Assembly: GCF_009914755.1 (NCBI RefSeq)
Contig: NC_060936.1
Length of the DNA: 64,000 nucleotides
From: the human T2T-CHM13v2.0 reference genome, Homo sapiens
Direction: 5' to 3' (one strand)
Every line of letters begins with the position of its first letter. Within the stretch, counting starts at the first letter, position 1. Of the stretch, positions 34,608-62,249 are shown piece after piece. Under the pieces are notes generated by a model, which had not been told where the DNA came from, searched no databases, and saw only the letters and a program-made list of their open reading frames with translations. The translations under genes were made by a program, and so were the position numbers.

Positions 34608-35919
34608 TGACTTTTAGTAGTGCACGATGAAAAAGTTCTAGGGATGTGTTACATGTCAATGTGACTATAGTTACTTAAAAATGGTTAAGATGGTAAATTT
34701 TATTATGTTTTTTTGCCACAAATAAAAAACCTAATTCACTTATACAAACTTAGAGACAAATCATAGTATGTGTTTTTGTATCATTAGGAGTAACAATAAA
34801 GTTTACAAATTGATTTTTAAAAACTAATCACCCGTGAAAAAATCGTAAGATCATCTCAGTTGCAGAAAAAAAGCATTCAGCAGATTCAACACCTTTTGTT
34901 CAACAACTGTGTTGAGGTACAATTGATATATAAAAATCACATACATTTAATGCATACAATTTGATGAGTTTGGACATATGCACACATATGTGATACCACC
35001 ACTACAATCAAAGTAATAGATAGATTTATCGCATCCTGAAGTTCCCTTGATTTTCTTTGTGGGTTTTTTTCTGGCGAGGTGGGGGGGCGCAGTAGGCAGT
35101 TAGAACACTTACCTAACTTTACCCTATTAACAAATTTTGAAGTGTACAATACTATATTGTTAATTATAGGTATAATGTTGTACAGCAGATATGTAGAACT
35201 TATGTATCTAGCATAACTAAAACTTTATATCCATTGAACAACGCCTATTTCCCCTACCCTTCATCCCCTGGCAACCATAATTGTAGTTGTAATTTCCATC
35301 AGTTGGAATATTATAAACACCTCATATAAGTGGAATCATGCAGTATTTGTCCTTGTATATTGACTTATTCTCTTAGCCTAATGTCCTCAAGACTTATCCA
35401 TGTGGTCGCAAATAGTAGGATTTCCTTATTCTATAAGGATGAACATTTTATTTATACACAACATTTTATTGCATATATATTTTCTTTATCCACAATTTCT
35501 TTATCCATTCATCTGTTGATGTAAACTTGGGTTGTTTACATATCTTGACTGTTGTGGATAATGCTGCAGTGAACATAGGAATGCAGATGTCTCTTCAAAA
35601 TCCTGATTTTAATTTTTTGGGCATATACTCAAAAGTGAAATTACTTTTGAGTGATTTCACTCAAAAGTAAAATTTCAAAAGTGAAATTTTATGGTACTTC
35701 TATTTTCGATTTTTTGAGGTACTTCTATATGATTTTCCATGACGGATGCAACATTTTACATTCCTACCAACAGTGTACAAGGGTTCTAATTTCTCCACAT
35801 CCTTACCAGTATTTGTTATATATATATATTTTAAATAGACATCTTGGCAGGTGTGAGGTGATATCTCACTGTAGTTTTGATAAAGACTCCACAAAAAACC
35901 TGTTAGCATAGATAAATTC

Positions 35920-36231
<312 letters not shown>

Positions 36232-36391
36232 TCAGTAAAGTTGCTAGATATAAAATCAACATGCAAAAATAAATTGTGTTTCTATACACTAACAGTGAAC
36301 CATTCAAAAAGAAAAGCAAACAAATCCACTTATAATAGCATCAAAAAGAATAAAATACTTAGGAATAAACTTAACCAAGAAGGTTGAAGGT

Positions 36392-36452
36392 TGTATTAGT
36401 CAGTCAGTGTTTTCTAGGAGGGACAGAATGAATAGGATGTATCAATAGATAG

Positions 36453-36497
<45 letters not shown>

Positions 36498-36809
36498 GTG
36501 ACAGATAGATAGATGATAGATAGATAGAAGGAGATTTATTAGGGGAATTGGCTCACATAATAATGAAGGCTAAGAAGTCTCATGATAGGTTGTCTGTAAG
36601 CTGGAGAACCAGGGAAGTGTAAATATGTCTCAGTCCAAGTGTAAAGTCTTCAGAACTAGGGAAGATGATGGTGTAACTCTCAGTTCAAGGCTGAAGGACT
36701 GAAAACCTGAAGTGGGAGTGGGGTGGCTGGCATAAGCCCCAGAGTCCCAAGGCCAGATAATCTGGAGATCTGATGTCCAAGGGCAGGAGAAGAAGGGTGC
36801 CCCAGCTCT

Positions 36810-36843
<34 letters not shown>

Positions 36844-37082
36844 CAGACAGACAGAGAGTTAGTTTACCTTTCCTCTGCCTTTTTTGTTCTATCCAGGCCC
36901 TCAGCTGATTGAATGGTGCCCACTGACATTGGGTGAGAGTGGATTTTCCTTAATCAATGCATTCATTCAAATGTCAGTCTTTTCTGTAAACCCCTTAATA
37001 GACATACCCATAAATAATGCTTTACCAGGTGTCCGGACATCCCTTAATCCAGTCAAGTTGACACCTAAAATTAAGCATCACA
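36392..37082 (-). mobile_element. MLT2 solo LTR
   Basis: tgtattagtc...ccagtcaagttgacacctaaaattaagcatcaca; 5-bp TSD (a/g)aggt. Confidence 0.88.
36453..36528. repeat. Compound (GATA)n STR, 11 uninterrupted units
   Basis: Seen directly. Confidence 0.92.
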
Positions 37083-38329
37083 GAGGTGAAAGACTTCTAC
37101 ACTGAAAACTATAAAACATTGATGAAATAAACTAAAGGAGACACAAATAAATGGAAAGATACACTATATTCATGAATTTGAAGACTTCACATTGTTTAAA
37201 TGCCAATACTATCCAAAGTCATCTACATATTCAAAGCTATGCTCATCAAAATCCGAAAGGCATTTTTTTTTACAGAAATAGCAATAACAGTTCCAAAATT
37301 CATATAGAACTATAAAAAACTCAGAATAGCCAAAGCAATCTTGGAAAAGAAGAACAAAGTTGGAAGCATCACACTTCATGATTTCAAAATAGATTACAAA
37401 GCTACAGTAACTAAAACACTATGGTGCTGGCATAAAAATAGACATATAGATTAATGAAATAGGATAGAAAGCCCAGAAATAAATCCATACATATACCACC
37501 AACATGTCCTTGACAAGGGTGCCAAGAACATACAATGGGTGAAAAGAGAGTCTCTTCAACAAATAATGCTGAAAAATTGGATATCTACATGCAAAAGAAT
37601 GAAGTTATACCTTTATCATACACTGTACACAACAAAGCAGTTCAAAATGGGTGAAAGACTTAAACATATGACCTGACACTGTAAACTTCCCAGAATAAAA
37701 ATGGGGGAAATCCTCATGACATTGGTCTTGGCGATGATTGTTTCCATATGACACGAAAAGCACAGGCAGCAAAAGCAAAAATAGACAAGCAGGGCTCATC
37801 AAACTAAAAAGCTTCTGCACAGTAAAGGAAATAATCAACAGAATGAAAAAGCAACCTATGGAATGGGAGAAAATACATGTAAGCCATGTATCTGTTAAGG
37901 GGTTAATTTCTAAAATATAATGAACTCCTACAACTCAATAGCAAAACAAAACAAAATAACACAATTTAAAAATGGGCAAAGGACTTGAAAAGACATTTCT
38001 TTAAAGAAGACATACACATGGCCAAGGGGTATGTGAAAAGATGCTCAACAACAATATCTTTTATGAATAAAACTCAGTGAACTGAGATTAAGAAGGCTCT
38101 TCCCCAATCAGATAAAGGGAATCTATGGAAAACCTATAGCTAACATCATACTTCATGGTGAAATACTGAATGCTTTCCCTCTAAATGAGGCAACATGCAA
38201 AAATATATGCTTTCACAACTTTTATTCAACATTGTACTACAGGTCTTAAATAGGTAAGAAAAAGAAAAGTCCTAAAGATTGTAAAGGAAACTAAAATTGC
38301 ATTTATCCCGGCTTTGAGCAATTTGAGCA

Positions 38330-39790
38330 TTATGTACCTTAGTGTCATTTTCTTCATGTTTCATGTGCTTGGAGTTTGTCATTCTTGATCTGTGGGTTTA
38401 GTTGTTTCATCAAATTTAGAAAATTTTCAGCCATTATTTCTTTAAATATTTGTTGTATTCCTCTCTTATTCTTTGAAGAATCTGATTATACATTTATTAG
38501 TCCCTAGAAGTTGTCCCACAGTTCACTGAAGATGCTTTCATCTTTTGAAATTCATTTTTAATGTTTCAATTTGGTTAATTTTTATTGCAATATACTGCAA
38601 AACAAATTCACTTATTTTTGTTCACTAATCTTTTATTCTGTCTAATCTGATTTTCCCATATATTGTATTTTTATCTTATACTTTGCATTTTTCTTACCTC
38701 CAAGTTCATTTGAGTGTCTTTTATATTTTCCATGTTCCTGACTTGGGTATATGGGATATAATTTTATTATTTTAATATCCTTGTCTGCTAATTGTAATGT
38801 CTGTATCAGTTCTGAATTCATTTTAATGGTTTAATTATTCTCCCAGTTATGGATCATGTTTTCCTGCCACTTTGCATGCCTGGTAATTTTTATTGGAAAC
38901 CAGACACTGTGAATTTTAGCTTATTGGGTATTGGATATTTGCCTGTATTCCAATAAATACTATTGAGCTTTATTCTGGTATGCAGTTAAATTACCTAGAA
39001 GCTGTTTCAGATCTTGTTTTTATGATTTGTTTGACAGGTTCATAGGAATGCTCAGTTAGAGCTAATTTTTCCCCACTACTGAAGCAAGGCTCTGCTGACT
39101 ATTTTACCCAATGTCACATGCTTTAAGTTTTTCACTATGGCTGGTGCAAACAGGAACCAAGCCATATATCTGATAAGGGGTTAATTTCTAAAATATAATA
39201 AACTCCTACAACTCAATAGCAAAAAATGAAACAAAACAAAATAACACAATTTTAAAATGGGCAAAGGGCTTGAAAAGACATTTCTCCAAAAAAGACATTC
39301 TACCCAATGTCACATGCTTTGAGTTCCCAGCCCCAAGTGAATGCCAGTCACGGTTTCCTTTACTCTTTCGGGATGATTTTTTCTTCCAGACTCAACTTCT
39401 TTTCTCACACTTATGCCCTGACCAGTACCCTGAAGGGTGTATCCTCAGCAGATCTGCTCTTTGTGAAGAAAATCTCCACTCCAAGCACTCTGCCCTGCAA
39501 GCTTGAGGTACCTTGGTTTCCTTGGACTATCAACTACATCTCTCAACCCAGGATGTTCACTACACTCCATCCCATTTCTCTTTCTCTGCACTATAGCCTG
39601 CAAACTCTCAAGGCAGTAAGCTGAGGAAATCATAGAGCCCTACTACTTACTTCCCATCTCTCAGTGATGACTGTCTTTTGTTGACTGATGCCCAATATTA
39701 TGAGAAATGCTATTTCATATATTTTATCTGGTTTATTTTTGGTTGTTTTTGGCAAGAGTGTAAATCCAGTCCCTGTTACTCCATCTTGGA
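38330..39790 (-). mobile_element. Old L1M 5' region
   Basis: tttcatcaaatttagaaaattttcagccattatttct...ccagtccctgttactccatcttgg. Confidence 0.7.
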
Positions 39791-40321
39791 TTGAAATAGA
39801 AATCTAGACTTCTTTATGTAAGAGAAAAAAAAAAATCCTGATTTAATTCAGTGTTATTTGAGTATTCTGTAATATACAGACAAACCTAATCCTAACTCCT
39901 AACACTGAGTACTTGGATGAGGGGATTAAAGAAAGAAGTCTTCAGGCACCTCATGAGGCCAACTCTGTGGATTTGTGTCCAAATCTCCATCAATGAAAGT
40001 AATTTCTATGTCTCTTTTCCACAAGACTCCGGGGCATGTGAAGAGGACATTTTGAGACTGAGGGTATATACTGGGTGATCAGTTCAATTAGTGATGCCAT
40101 TAACTGAGGAAGAAATACCTCCTAGAGCTGATTCAGGCATCCTAATAGTATATATATTCAAAAAGGTACAAAATTATACACAGAGCATCACTAAATACGT
40201 GGGTCTGAAGGTATTTTATATATGAATAAATAACATCACTATATTCAACCAATATTTCCTCTTGTTAAAGATGACATGCCCATAGATTTATTTACATTTT
40301 ATTTTCTTTTTTAAAAGGAAA

Positions 40322-40634
<313 letters not shown>

Positions 40635-40723
40635 AAACTTCTCAAAGCACTTGTAAATAGTATTTGAAGGCATCACACTAGTGCAGAAGCATCTTCTGTT
40701 TGGTCAGTTAGTGGTTATTATAA

Positions 40724-41181
<458 letters not shown>

Positions 41182-41972
41182 TAACAACTTAATTTTCTCC
41201 CAGTAATTTGAGGTGTGGGGAACTTTTATATTAAGGCAAAACTAAAGAAAGGAATAGATCTGTGTTTTCAAATTGAGGCGAACGTCACAGTAGAGTCACA
41301 GGATGAACACAGTACATCTTCTTGGAGTATCAGTTTTGCTCAGTGGTAACTATTTTAAAACCGTTTTATAGCAAAACAAACAGATCTCATAGAAAATACA
41401 ATTCAAGACTTAATGAATTATTTTTAAGCTATAATAGAAAACTACTTCCCCAAGACCGTTTTGGGTCCTACAACCCACCCCACGCATGCTTTACCCTCCT
41501 CTGCCATTAGTTTCCCTTTAGTGCTCAAGTGTGAGTAGCACTGGATTGATGACGACGTTAGTTCTCCATTCTAGTGAGGTCGTCTCTGATATAATTAATA
41601 TTTTTATCTAAGGCCGTTTTCCCTCTCTTTTTTTTTCGGGGTTTTACTATTACCCAAAGAGTGTCCACAGCGCCTGCCCAGAATCCCAGAACAAGGAGGT
41701 GAGCTGCAGAGTGACAATACAGGAAGGGCAGCTTCGCAGCTGTGTCTGAGTGGGGAAGCAGGTTCGCCGTGTCCTGGAGAACTTGCTCAGCTCCACAGCC
41801 TCCTCCATCCTCCCCTGATGTCTCAGGACTGGACTGAGACCAGACGCCCCTCTGGGCAAGTTTACCCAAGAAAATGGGCTTACACATGGTGAAGCTTGGA
41901 ACCTAGCAGTTCCTACTCTGCTGTTTTCCAGGAATTAGCATTCCCTTATTAAAACTGTCCTCTGGATCGTCC

Positions 41973-44268
<2,296 letters not shown>

Positions 44269-44384
44269 AATGTTCCAGAAGGCAAGTGACTTATGTGGAA
44301 AGATTGGTACAATTCTTCCGCAACTATTTTTCTCCCCTCTCTGTGCTCTCCCCTATCTCTGCTCTCCCCTCTTTGCATTTTTTG

Positions 44385-44610
44385 GAGAGGCAGCATGTGT
44401 CTGGTTAAAAGTGTGAATTGTGGAGCCAAACTCCCTAGGATTAAATCTCAGCCCCATCACTTATACTAGCAATTAAACATTGGGGAATTTCACTTAATCT
44501 TCCTGCTTTAGTCTCCGAATTTGTAAAATAAATATAATAATGTTCACTTTATAGGTTTATTATGAGGACTAAGAATATTTGTAAAGTGCTTAGGACAATG
44601 CCTGTTTATG
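44385..44610 (+). mobile_element. MIR
   Basis: gaggcagcatgtgt...tgtaaagtgcttaggacaatgcct. Confidence 0.75.
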
Positions 44611-45133
44611 CCTACTTAACTGAGTTCCTATTTCCTATGCCTGGCACATACTAAGGATGATATTAGTATTTCTTAAATAAATATCTCTCCCAAATAGAGG
44701 GGAGAAACAGTCCATGAAAGAATAGGTTCTCTTTCTTATCCTCGTCTCTCAATCTTTCTCTCCAGCTTTCTCTCCAACTTTGCCTCTGCTTCTTATTTGC
44801 TCAACATTTACTGAGCACCTTCTGTGTACTGGATACTATTTTAAACTGTTGATTACATTTGAATTATAAACACACTGCCCTTATCTTCTTACCATATAAT
44901 GAAACAAATCAGCACTTGGGCAGGCTATGACAAGGCAACAAGATGGAGGAAGAGGAGGGAAAAGCAGAATGCAAGCTGTTCCCTCTCTCTCTCTTTTGAA
45001 GAAAATAAACTAAGAACTTTACCCGTCAAAGTAAGGGAAGAGCTGGCTATCTTTTATTAGAAAAGTTGAGAGGTTTCAAAGTGTTGTTGTTCCTACAGTT
45101 AACTTAAAATCGTCTGGTTTTAGTTAATTCTAG

Positions 45134-45147
45134 CCAGCAGGGGGCAG
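45134..45147 (+). promoter_or_regulatory. CTCF core motif CCAGCAGGGGGCAG
   Basis: Matches the CCASYAGRKGGCRS consensus at every position; non-repeat context. Confidence 0.65.
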
Positions 45148-46159
45148 GAGTGTCCAGCTGTGTGAACCCAGTTATTCTGATCTTTCCAAGACTTCACTAA
45201 AGAAAAAGTGCTTCCAACTTGATGTACGGGAGCTTCAAATTCTTAAGCTATACAATTGGTGCACAGAAAAATGATTATTGGTATTAACGTGTTAAAATTG
45301 GTAAATAGGAATACATTTCTACTGATTTTGATGGTCGATTTGACTGTCGTTTTCCCACAAACATTTGGTCTCTCTTCAAATCTCCAGGTAACAAAAATTT
45401 CTGCCTTTACATTCCTCAGATAATCTCAACTGAGGACAGGGATGTAGGGAAAACACAGATTCTCAAGACATCAGGCCTCCCCAACTGGGCAACCTTGGCT
45501 TGTTATTTAACCTCCCTGAGTTTTTGCTTAAAAAGTCTGTAAAGACTAGGCTGAAGTCCCACTTTGGACCATCCAGGGAACCGCATCCTTTAGGGAATGG
45601 GGCTATTATGAGGATGTGTCCAGGTTGACACTGAAGGGCTAAGTCACAGGTATCACCTTGCTCTCTGATCTTTTGGGTTTCTGCACTCACAGCTGCTACA
45701 ATAGGGGCCCATGCAGTCCTAGAAGTCAAACCCAGCTCAGAATTTTGTTTAAAAGTTTTGCTTCTGGTATGTTTCCAGGAAATTTACATTGTATTTCTTT
45801 GTTTAATAATGGTTTTATAAAAGATACAATTTTCACTTTCTACACAACATATACCTTATCATCTAACATTTGCAGTGCTTTTTACAGTTCTTATTTGTGC
45901 TTTTTAAACTTTTCTTAAGGCAAACAGGCCTGTTTGCTTTAAGAGTACAGAGAAGAGCATTCTTCAATTTTCTGTTTTTATTTTTTAGTTTCTTCTTAAA
46001 CCTGAGTATTTTTTTTAATGTTGAAAACAGTACAGGTTCAATATAAAGCATTTGAATGATCACGGTTAAAAGCAAAAATTGTCTAATATCCCACCAACCA
46101 GTGATAACCAGCATTAATATTTTGCTGTTTATCTTTCTGATCTGCTGTCTCTGTCTCTT

Positions 46160-52950
<6,791 letters not shown>

Positions 52951-52954
52951 ACAT

Positions 52955-53492
<538 letters not shown>

Positions 53493-53499
53493 CTGGGAG

Positions 53500-54201
53500 G
53501 GTAGGAGGATGAGAGATAATTCTCTAATCCACCTCCCTAAGAATTTGGGGACTAGGGTTTCTCAAGGACAGTTTGGTAGGCAGGGAGCTAGGGAATGGAG
53601 AATACTGATTGGTCAGGTCAGAGATGAAATCATAGGAAGTTGACACTTTCTTCTTGTACTGAGTTAGTTCCTGGCTATGGGTTACCAGTCTGGGTGGTGC
53701 CAGTTTAACCATAACAAATGCAAGGTCTGAAAAATATCTCAAACACCAGTCTTAGGTTTTACAACAGCAATATTATCCATAGGGACAATTAGGGAAGTTG
53801 TAAATCTTGTGACCGTTGACTACATGACTCCTGAGCAGTAAGTAGTTTTAAAAAGGCAAGTTATAAAACAATGGTTAGTTAGAGTTTAACTGTGCCTACA
53901 TCTTAGCAGAATTCAGGCCTTTATCACAATTCTAGCATTGTGAATTCTAACCATAATTCTACCTTTTGTTAGTTTTACAAAGGCAGTTTCAGTCCTGAGC
54001 AAAGAAGCATTTAATTTTGGAAAGGGACTGTTATCATCTTTGAATCAAAGTTAAACTATAAACTGAATTCCTCCCATAGTTAGCTTGGACTGAGCACACA
54101 GCTCGTGAGGTTAGAGGCAAGAGTCAGTTATGTTAGATTTCCCTCACTGTCATAATTTTTAGATTTCCTTCATTGTCATAATTTTTGCAAAGGCAGTTTC
54201 A
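53500..54201 (-). mobile_element. LTR8A/B-like ERV1 LTR, truncated
   Basis: gagatgaaatcatagg...cataatttttgcaaaggcagtttca. Confidence 0.75.
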
Positions 54202-54209
54202 AACCTCCA

Positions 54210-54676
54210 TGTATTAGTCCATGTTCATGCTACTAATAAAGACATACCCTAGACTGGATGATTTATACAGGAAAGAAGCTTAATGGACTCACAGTTCCAT
54301 ATGGCTGGGGAGGCCTCACAATTATGGTGGAAGGCAAGGAGGAGCAAGTCATGTCTTAGATGGATGGCAGCAGGCAAAAAGAGAGCTTGTGTAGGGAAAC
54401 ACCCCCTTATAAAATCATCAGATCTCATGAGACTTATTCACTATCACGAGAACAACACTGGAAAGACCCGCCTCCATGATTCAATTATCTTCCACTGGGT
54501 CCCTCCCACAACACATGGGAATTAAAGGAGTACAATTTTTTTTCTTTTTTGAGACAGAGTCTCGCTCTGTTGCCCAGGCTGGAGTATAATGGGGCAGTCT
54601 TAGCTCACTGCAACCTCTGCCAAGGGAGTACAATTTGAGATGAGATTTGGGTGGGGACACAGAGCCAACCATATCA
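54210..54676 (-). mobile_element. THE1 solo LTR with Alu fragment inserted (54535-54620)
   Basis: tgtattagtcc...ccaaccatatca; Alu TSD ggagtacaattt. Confidence 0.9.
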
Positions 54677-54750
54677 CTCCACCTATATCTCACTGGCCAG
54701 AATTTAAAAGCATGTCCATATCCAACTGTATAGAAGGCTAGAAAATATAG

Positions 54751-57011
<2,261 letters not shown>

Positions 57012-57019
57012 TTAAAAAA

Positions 57020-58060
57020 AGCACTTTTAACAAAGAAACAGACTAGAAGGAAACTCCCTCATCTTGACAAAGGTGTAATACCAAAAACAGAGCAAACATA
57101 ATACTTAATGGAAAAAAATTGAGATGCATTCACTTTAAGCTCAGGAAAACACAGGTTGCTCATATACAGCCATACAGTTTTCAGTGGTTTTGAAGGAGCT
57201 GGTAAGTTGTATAAGAAAAGAAGAAGAAAGGAGATGTAAGAATTGAAAAAAAAGATAAAGCTCTCATTATTTCTAGATGATGTAATCTATGTAGGAAACT
57301 CAGAATCAGTAAGCAAGCTATTTGATGAATACGAGTATCCAGAAAGATTGCCAGATACCAGATGAATTCATACAAATCATCCATATGAGCAATAATCAAT
57401 GGAAAATATAATAGAACAAGCAAAAGTATCTAAGAATGTAACTTAAAACAGAAATTATGAAAAAATTATCTATGAAATTATCGATGAAAAAATATTTTAA
57501 ATCTATTCAAAGTCATAACCAGCCTGGGCAATGTAGTGAGACCTCATCTCGACAACAACATCAACAATAATAACAGCAACAACAACAAATTAGGCGGTTG
57601 TCATGGCATGTCTGTGGTCCTAGCTACTTTGGAGGCTGAGATAGGAGAATGGCTTGAGCCCAGGAAGCTGAAGCTATAGTGTGTGGTGATTGCACCACTG
57701 CACTCCAGCCTGGGCAAAAGAGCAAGACCCTGTCTCCAAAAGAAAAAGTCAACAGAGCAAGACCCTGTCTCCAAAAAAAAGTCATAGGGAAGTATTTGAA
57801 TAAATGGAAAGATATTTTATTCTCTTAAATGGGATAATATCTATATGTCTATATATCTAGATAGATAGATATTCTCCCCAAGTTAATCCATAAGTTTCAT
57901 GCAATCCCAATCAAAATTTCAGCTGTAGCTTTTTTAAATAGAAATTCAACAGTCAAAAGTTATACAGAAGAACAGAGATCCTTATTTATCTTTTTCAGCT
58001 GTAAAAGAAGAACCACATGGGGAGGAGTTGCCTTAGCAGATATTAAGACACACAACAAGG
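57020..58060 (+). mobile_element. Old L1 ORF2 remnant with 5'-truncated AluJ (57519-57782)
   Basis: gcaatcccaatcaaaatttcagc etc.; Alu TSD aaagtcata. Confidence 0.65.
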
Positions 58061-59329
58061 TCATGAAGTAGAATGGGAGTAGGAAGGCCTGGGAGGTCTT
58101 GCAGGGGTAGAGGCATCTGATGCATATTATCTCAATACATTTCTTCACAACCCCAACTTTACAGTGGACATTTCAACCTCGCCCCATGGCTTTCTTAAGC
58201 ATTCTTTCACTATGTGGTCCCCTCTGTTACACATCCTAGACTGCTCTGAGACCCTGAAGTTGCGCACCATGCTCAGAAGAATGAACAGGAAAAAAGAGAA
58301 ATGGGCAGAGCAGGAATGTGAGAAATGACCCAGGCTTGGATGTCTTTCCTGTGATCTTCCCCTCTGGGATCTGCTCTCTGATGGAATACTTAATCTAACA
58401 CCTGACATGCTCAAAGACTGTGCAGGTGGCATGGGCTTTCAGGTATTGGTAAGATTATGGTTCATCATTGGAGCAGAATGTTAGGAGAGCAGGCCTTACC
58501 TATCAATGCACCCTTTTCCTACATCTTTTTTTCTGCATTGATGCTGGGAAACTAAACAAGGAGGAGAGCATGGGACACAATTGTCAATCTCCCTTTTCAA
58601 GGCATCCTTAAGAACTTCATCCATGAATAATATATTGTTTGTACTTAGTATGGTATTAATTTTTAAAGTGGATAAAGTACTTTTTCATTTTTGTTTAAAG
58701 CACATGTTATCATGTTGAATAACATGAAACATGTTTTTCCAGAGGGGAGCCTCAGTTGATTTTTCCTCTGTTGAAAAGGCACTGAATTTCATTCCTACAG
58801 GTTATGTATGCTCCATTTGATAGGATGATGTTCCCTGAGGACAAAATTTAGACTACAACATTGCTCTGCATATCAGCCCTTACACAAATAAATGGTTTGG
58901 CCTAGAGATACCTGATATGGGAAGGGGACTGGTGAACAAATGTTAAGGAAATCTCTTTTCCTGTGGGGGTCCTGAATCCCTAAATATTATAATCCATAGC
59001 CTAACTAAAGTACTAAATTATTGTGTTTGAGATTTTATTCTAAAAGTCCTCTGCCACACCCAGATGGATAGTCTGCAAGTCTGGATTGAAATAGTAACCT
59101 CTACTCTAGTATCTTTCCCATCTAACCTGTTATCTTAGATAATAATCTTTCCTTTCCCGAGAGTTCTGTTCTAAGATGTCCCTCTGGGCCAGCACAATTG
59201 AGTTAGAAAAGTGGGAAGTGGACAGGAGACAAAAGAGTGAATCTCTACTATGAGCTGGTCCTAAGGATCACTTACCTTAATGATGTCCTGATGTTTCATT
59301 AATATGGGTAGAATTTGATTCCTCTGTTG

Positions 59330-59726
59330 GTAGTATATTCAGTACCATAAGGTGGAACCCCACCACTCACAAGAGAAAACAAAGAAGAAAATGAAGCTTT
59401 ATGTAGTTGAGCTTGAGCTCAGCCATGGGGCTCTAAAGAGATATTCTCCATCGTCTAAAGCACAGTGCTGCTTCAGGCAACTGAGCACTGAGACAGCCCA
59501 CTGTAGCCACCCTCAGTGAAGTTCCTGCCAGCCCACTCTAGCCACCCTCAGTGAGGTTCCTGCCATCCCTGCTTACCTTTCCCTATAAAAGAAAAGCCTT
59601 TTCCTATTTGATTTTGAGATGCTTCTAGATCTTATGTTCAGAGCATTCTCTGAACATAATTTTCATATTGCTGTAGTCACTATGAAAAAAGACTCTCCTT
59701 AGTTGTCAAGATTTGTTTATTTGATA
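59330..59726 (+). mobile_element. Putative ERV1 LTR (TATA at 59584-59590, 35-bp tandem duplication)
   Basis: cctataaaa, R/U5-like region, followed by PBS-like tagtgtcatgact and ERV internal sequence; boundaries uncertain. Confidence 0.45.
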
Positions 59727-59867
59727 GTTTTATAGTGTCATGACTTGCTCAAGTGCTGTTTGTTCCTCAGAACCTACTGTCTTTACCCGGGTATCCATAT
59801 TCACGCTGTCTTCTCAGATCTTTTGTGCCCTCCTTCTTGGCTGGGGAAATCAAGATCCATGGTACAT

Positions 59868-60295
59868 TGGTTTGTTATGGCTGCCATAGCAAAATACCAC
59901 AGACTAGATGGCTTAAACAATGGAAATTTATTTTCTCACAATTCTGGAGGCTGGGAAGTCCAAGATCTAGGTATCACCATGGTTGGTTTCTTCTGAGGGC
60001 TCTATCCTGTCAAATGGAGCATACACAACCTGTAGGAATGAAATTCAAGAAGGCAGATAGCTGCCTTCTTGCTGTGTCCTCACATGTCATCTCTGTCAGT
60101 TTCCTAATCTGTGTCATTTTCCTAATCTCTTCTTATAAAGACATCGGTCATATCAGATTAGGGCCCACCCAGATGACCTCATTTTCCTTTAATTACTTCT
60201 TTAAAGGCTGTATCTCCAACTACTCTCACATTTAGAGGCACTAGGGGTTAGGAAATCAACACATAAATTTTGGAAACACGATTGAGCCCATAAAG
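59868..60295 (-). mobile_element. MLT1A-type LTR
   Basis: gctgccatagcaaaataccacagactagatggcttaaac motif. Confidence 0.85.
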
Positions 60296-60309
60296 CACAG
60301 TAACTCCTA

Positions 60310-62111
<1,802 letters not shown>

Positions 62112-62249
62112 TAAAGAATAATTTGAAGCCACAGTGGCCTCTTTCCCCAAAGTTGATTCATCTATGGGAAGCCCTTGTATCCTGGGGATTCAAAGTCTCT
62201 AATTTCTCTTGATATGGAGAAGCTGACAAATGTCTTTCTCAGTCTAACA

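Noticed and set aside
58060-58440. Unique-looking segment with an open frame (...ETLKLRTMLRRMNRKKEKWAEQECEK*)
   Set aside because: No recognisable parent protein, poly-A tail or TSD; a pseudogene call needs BLAST
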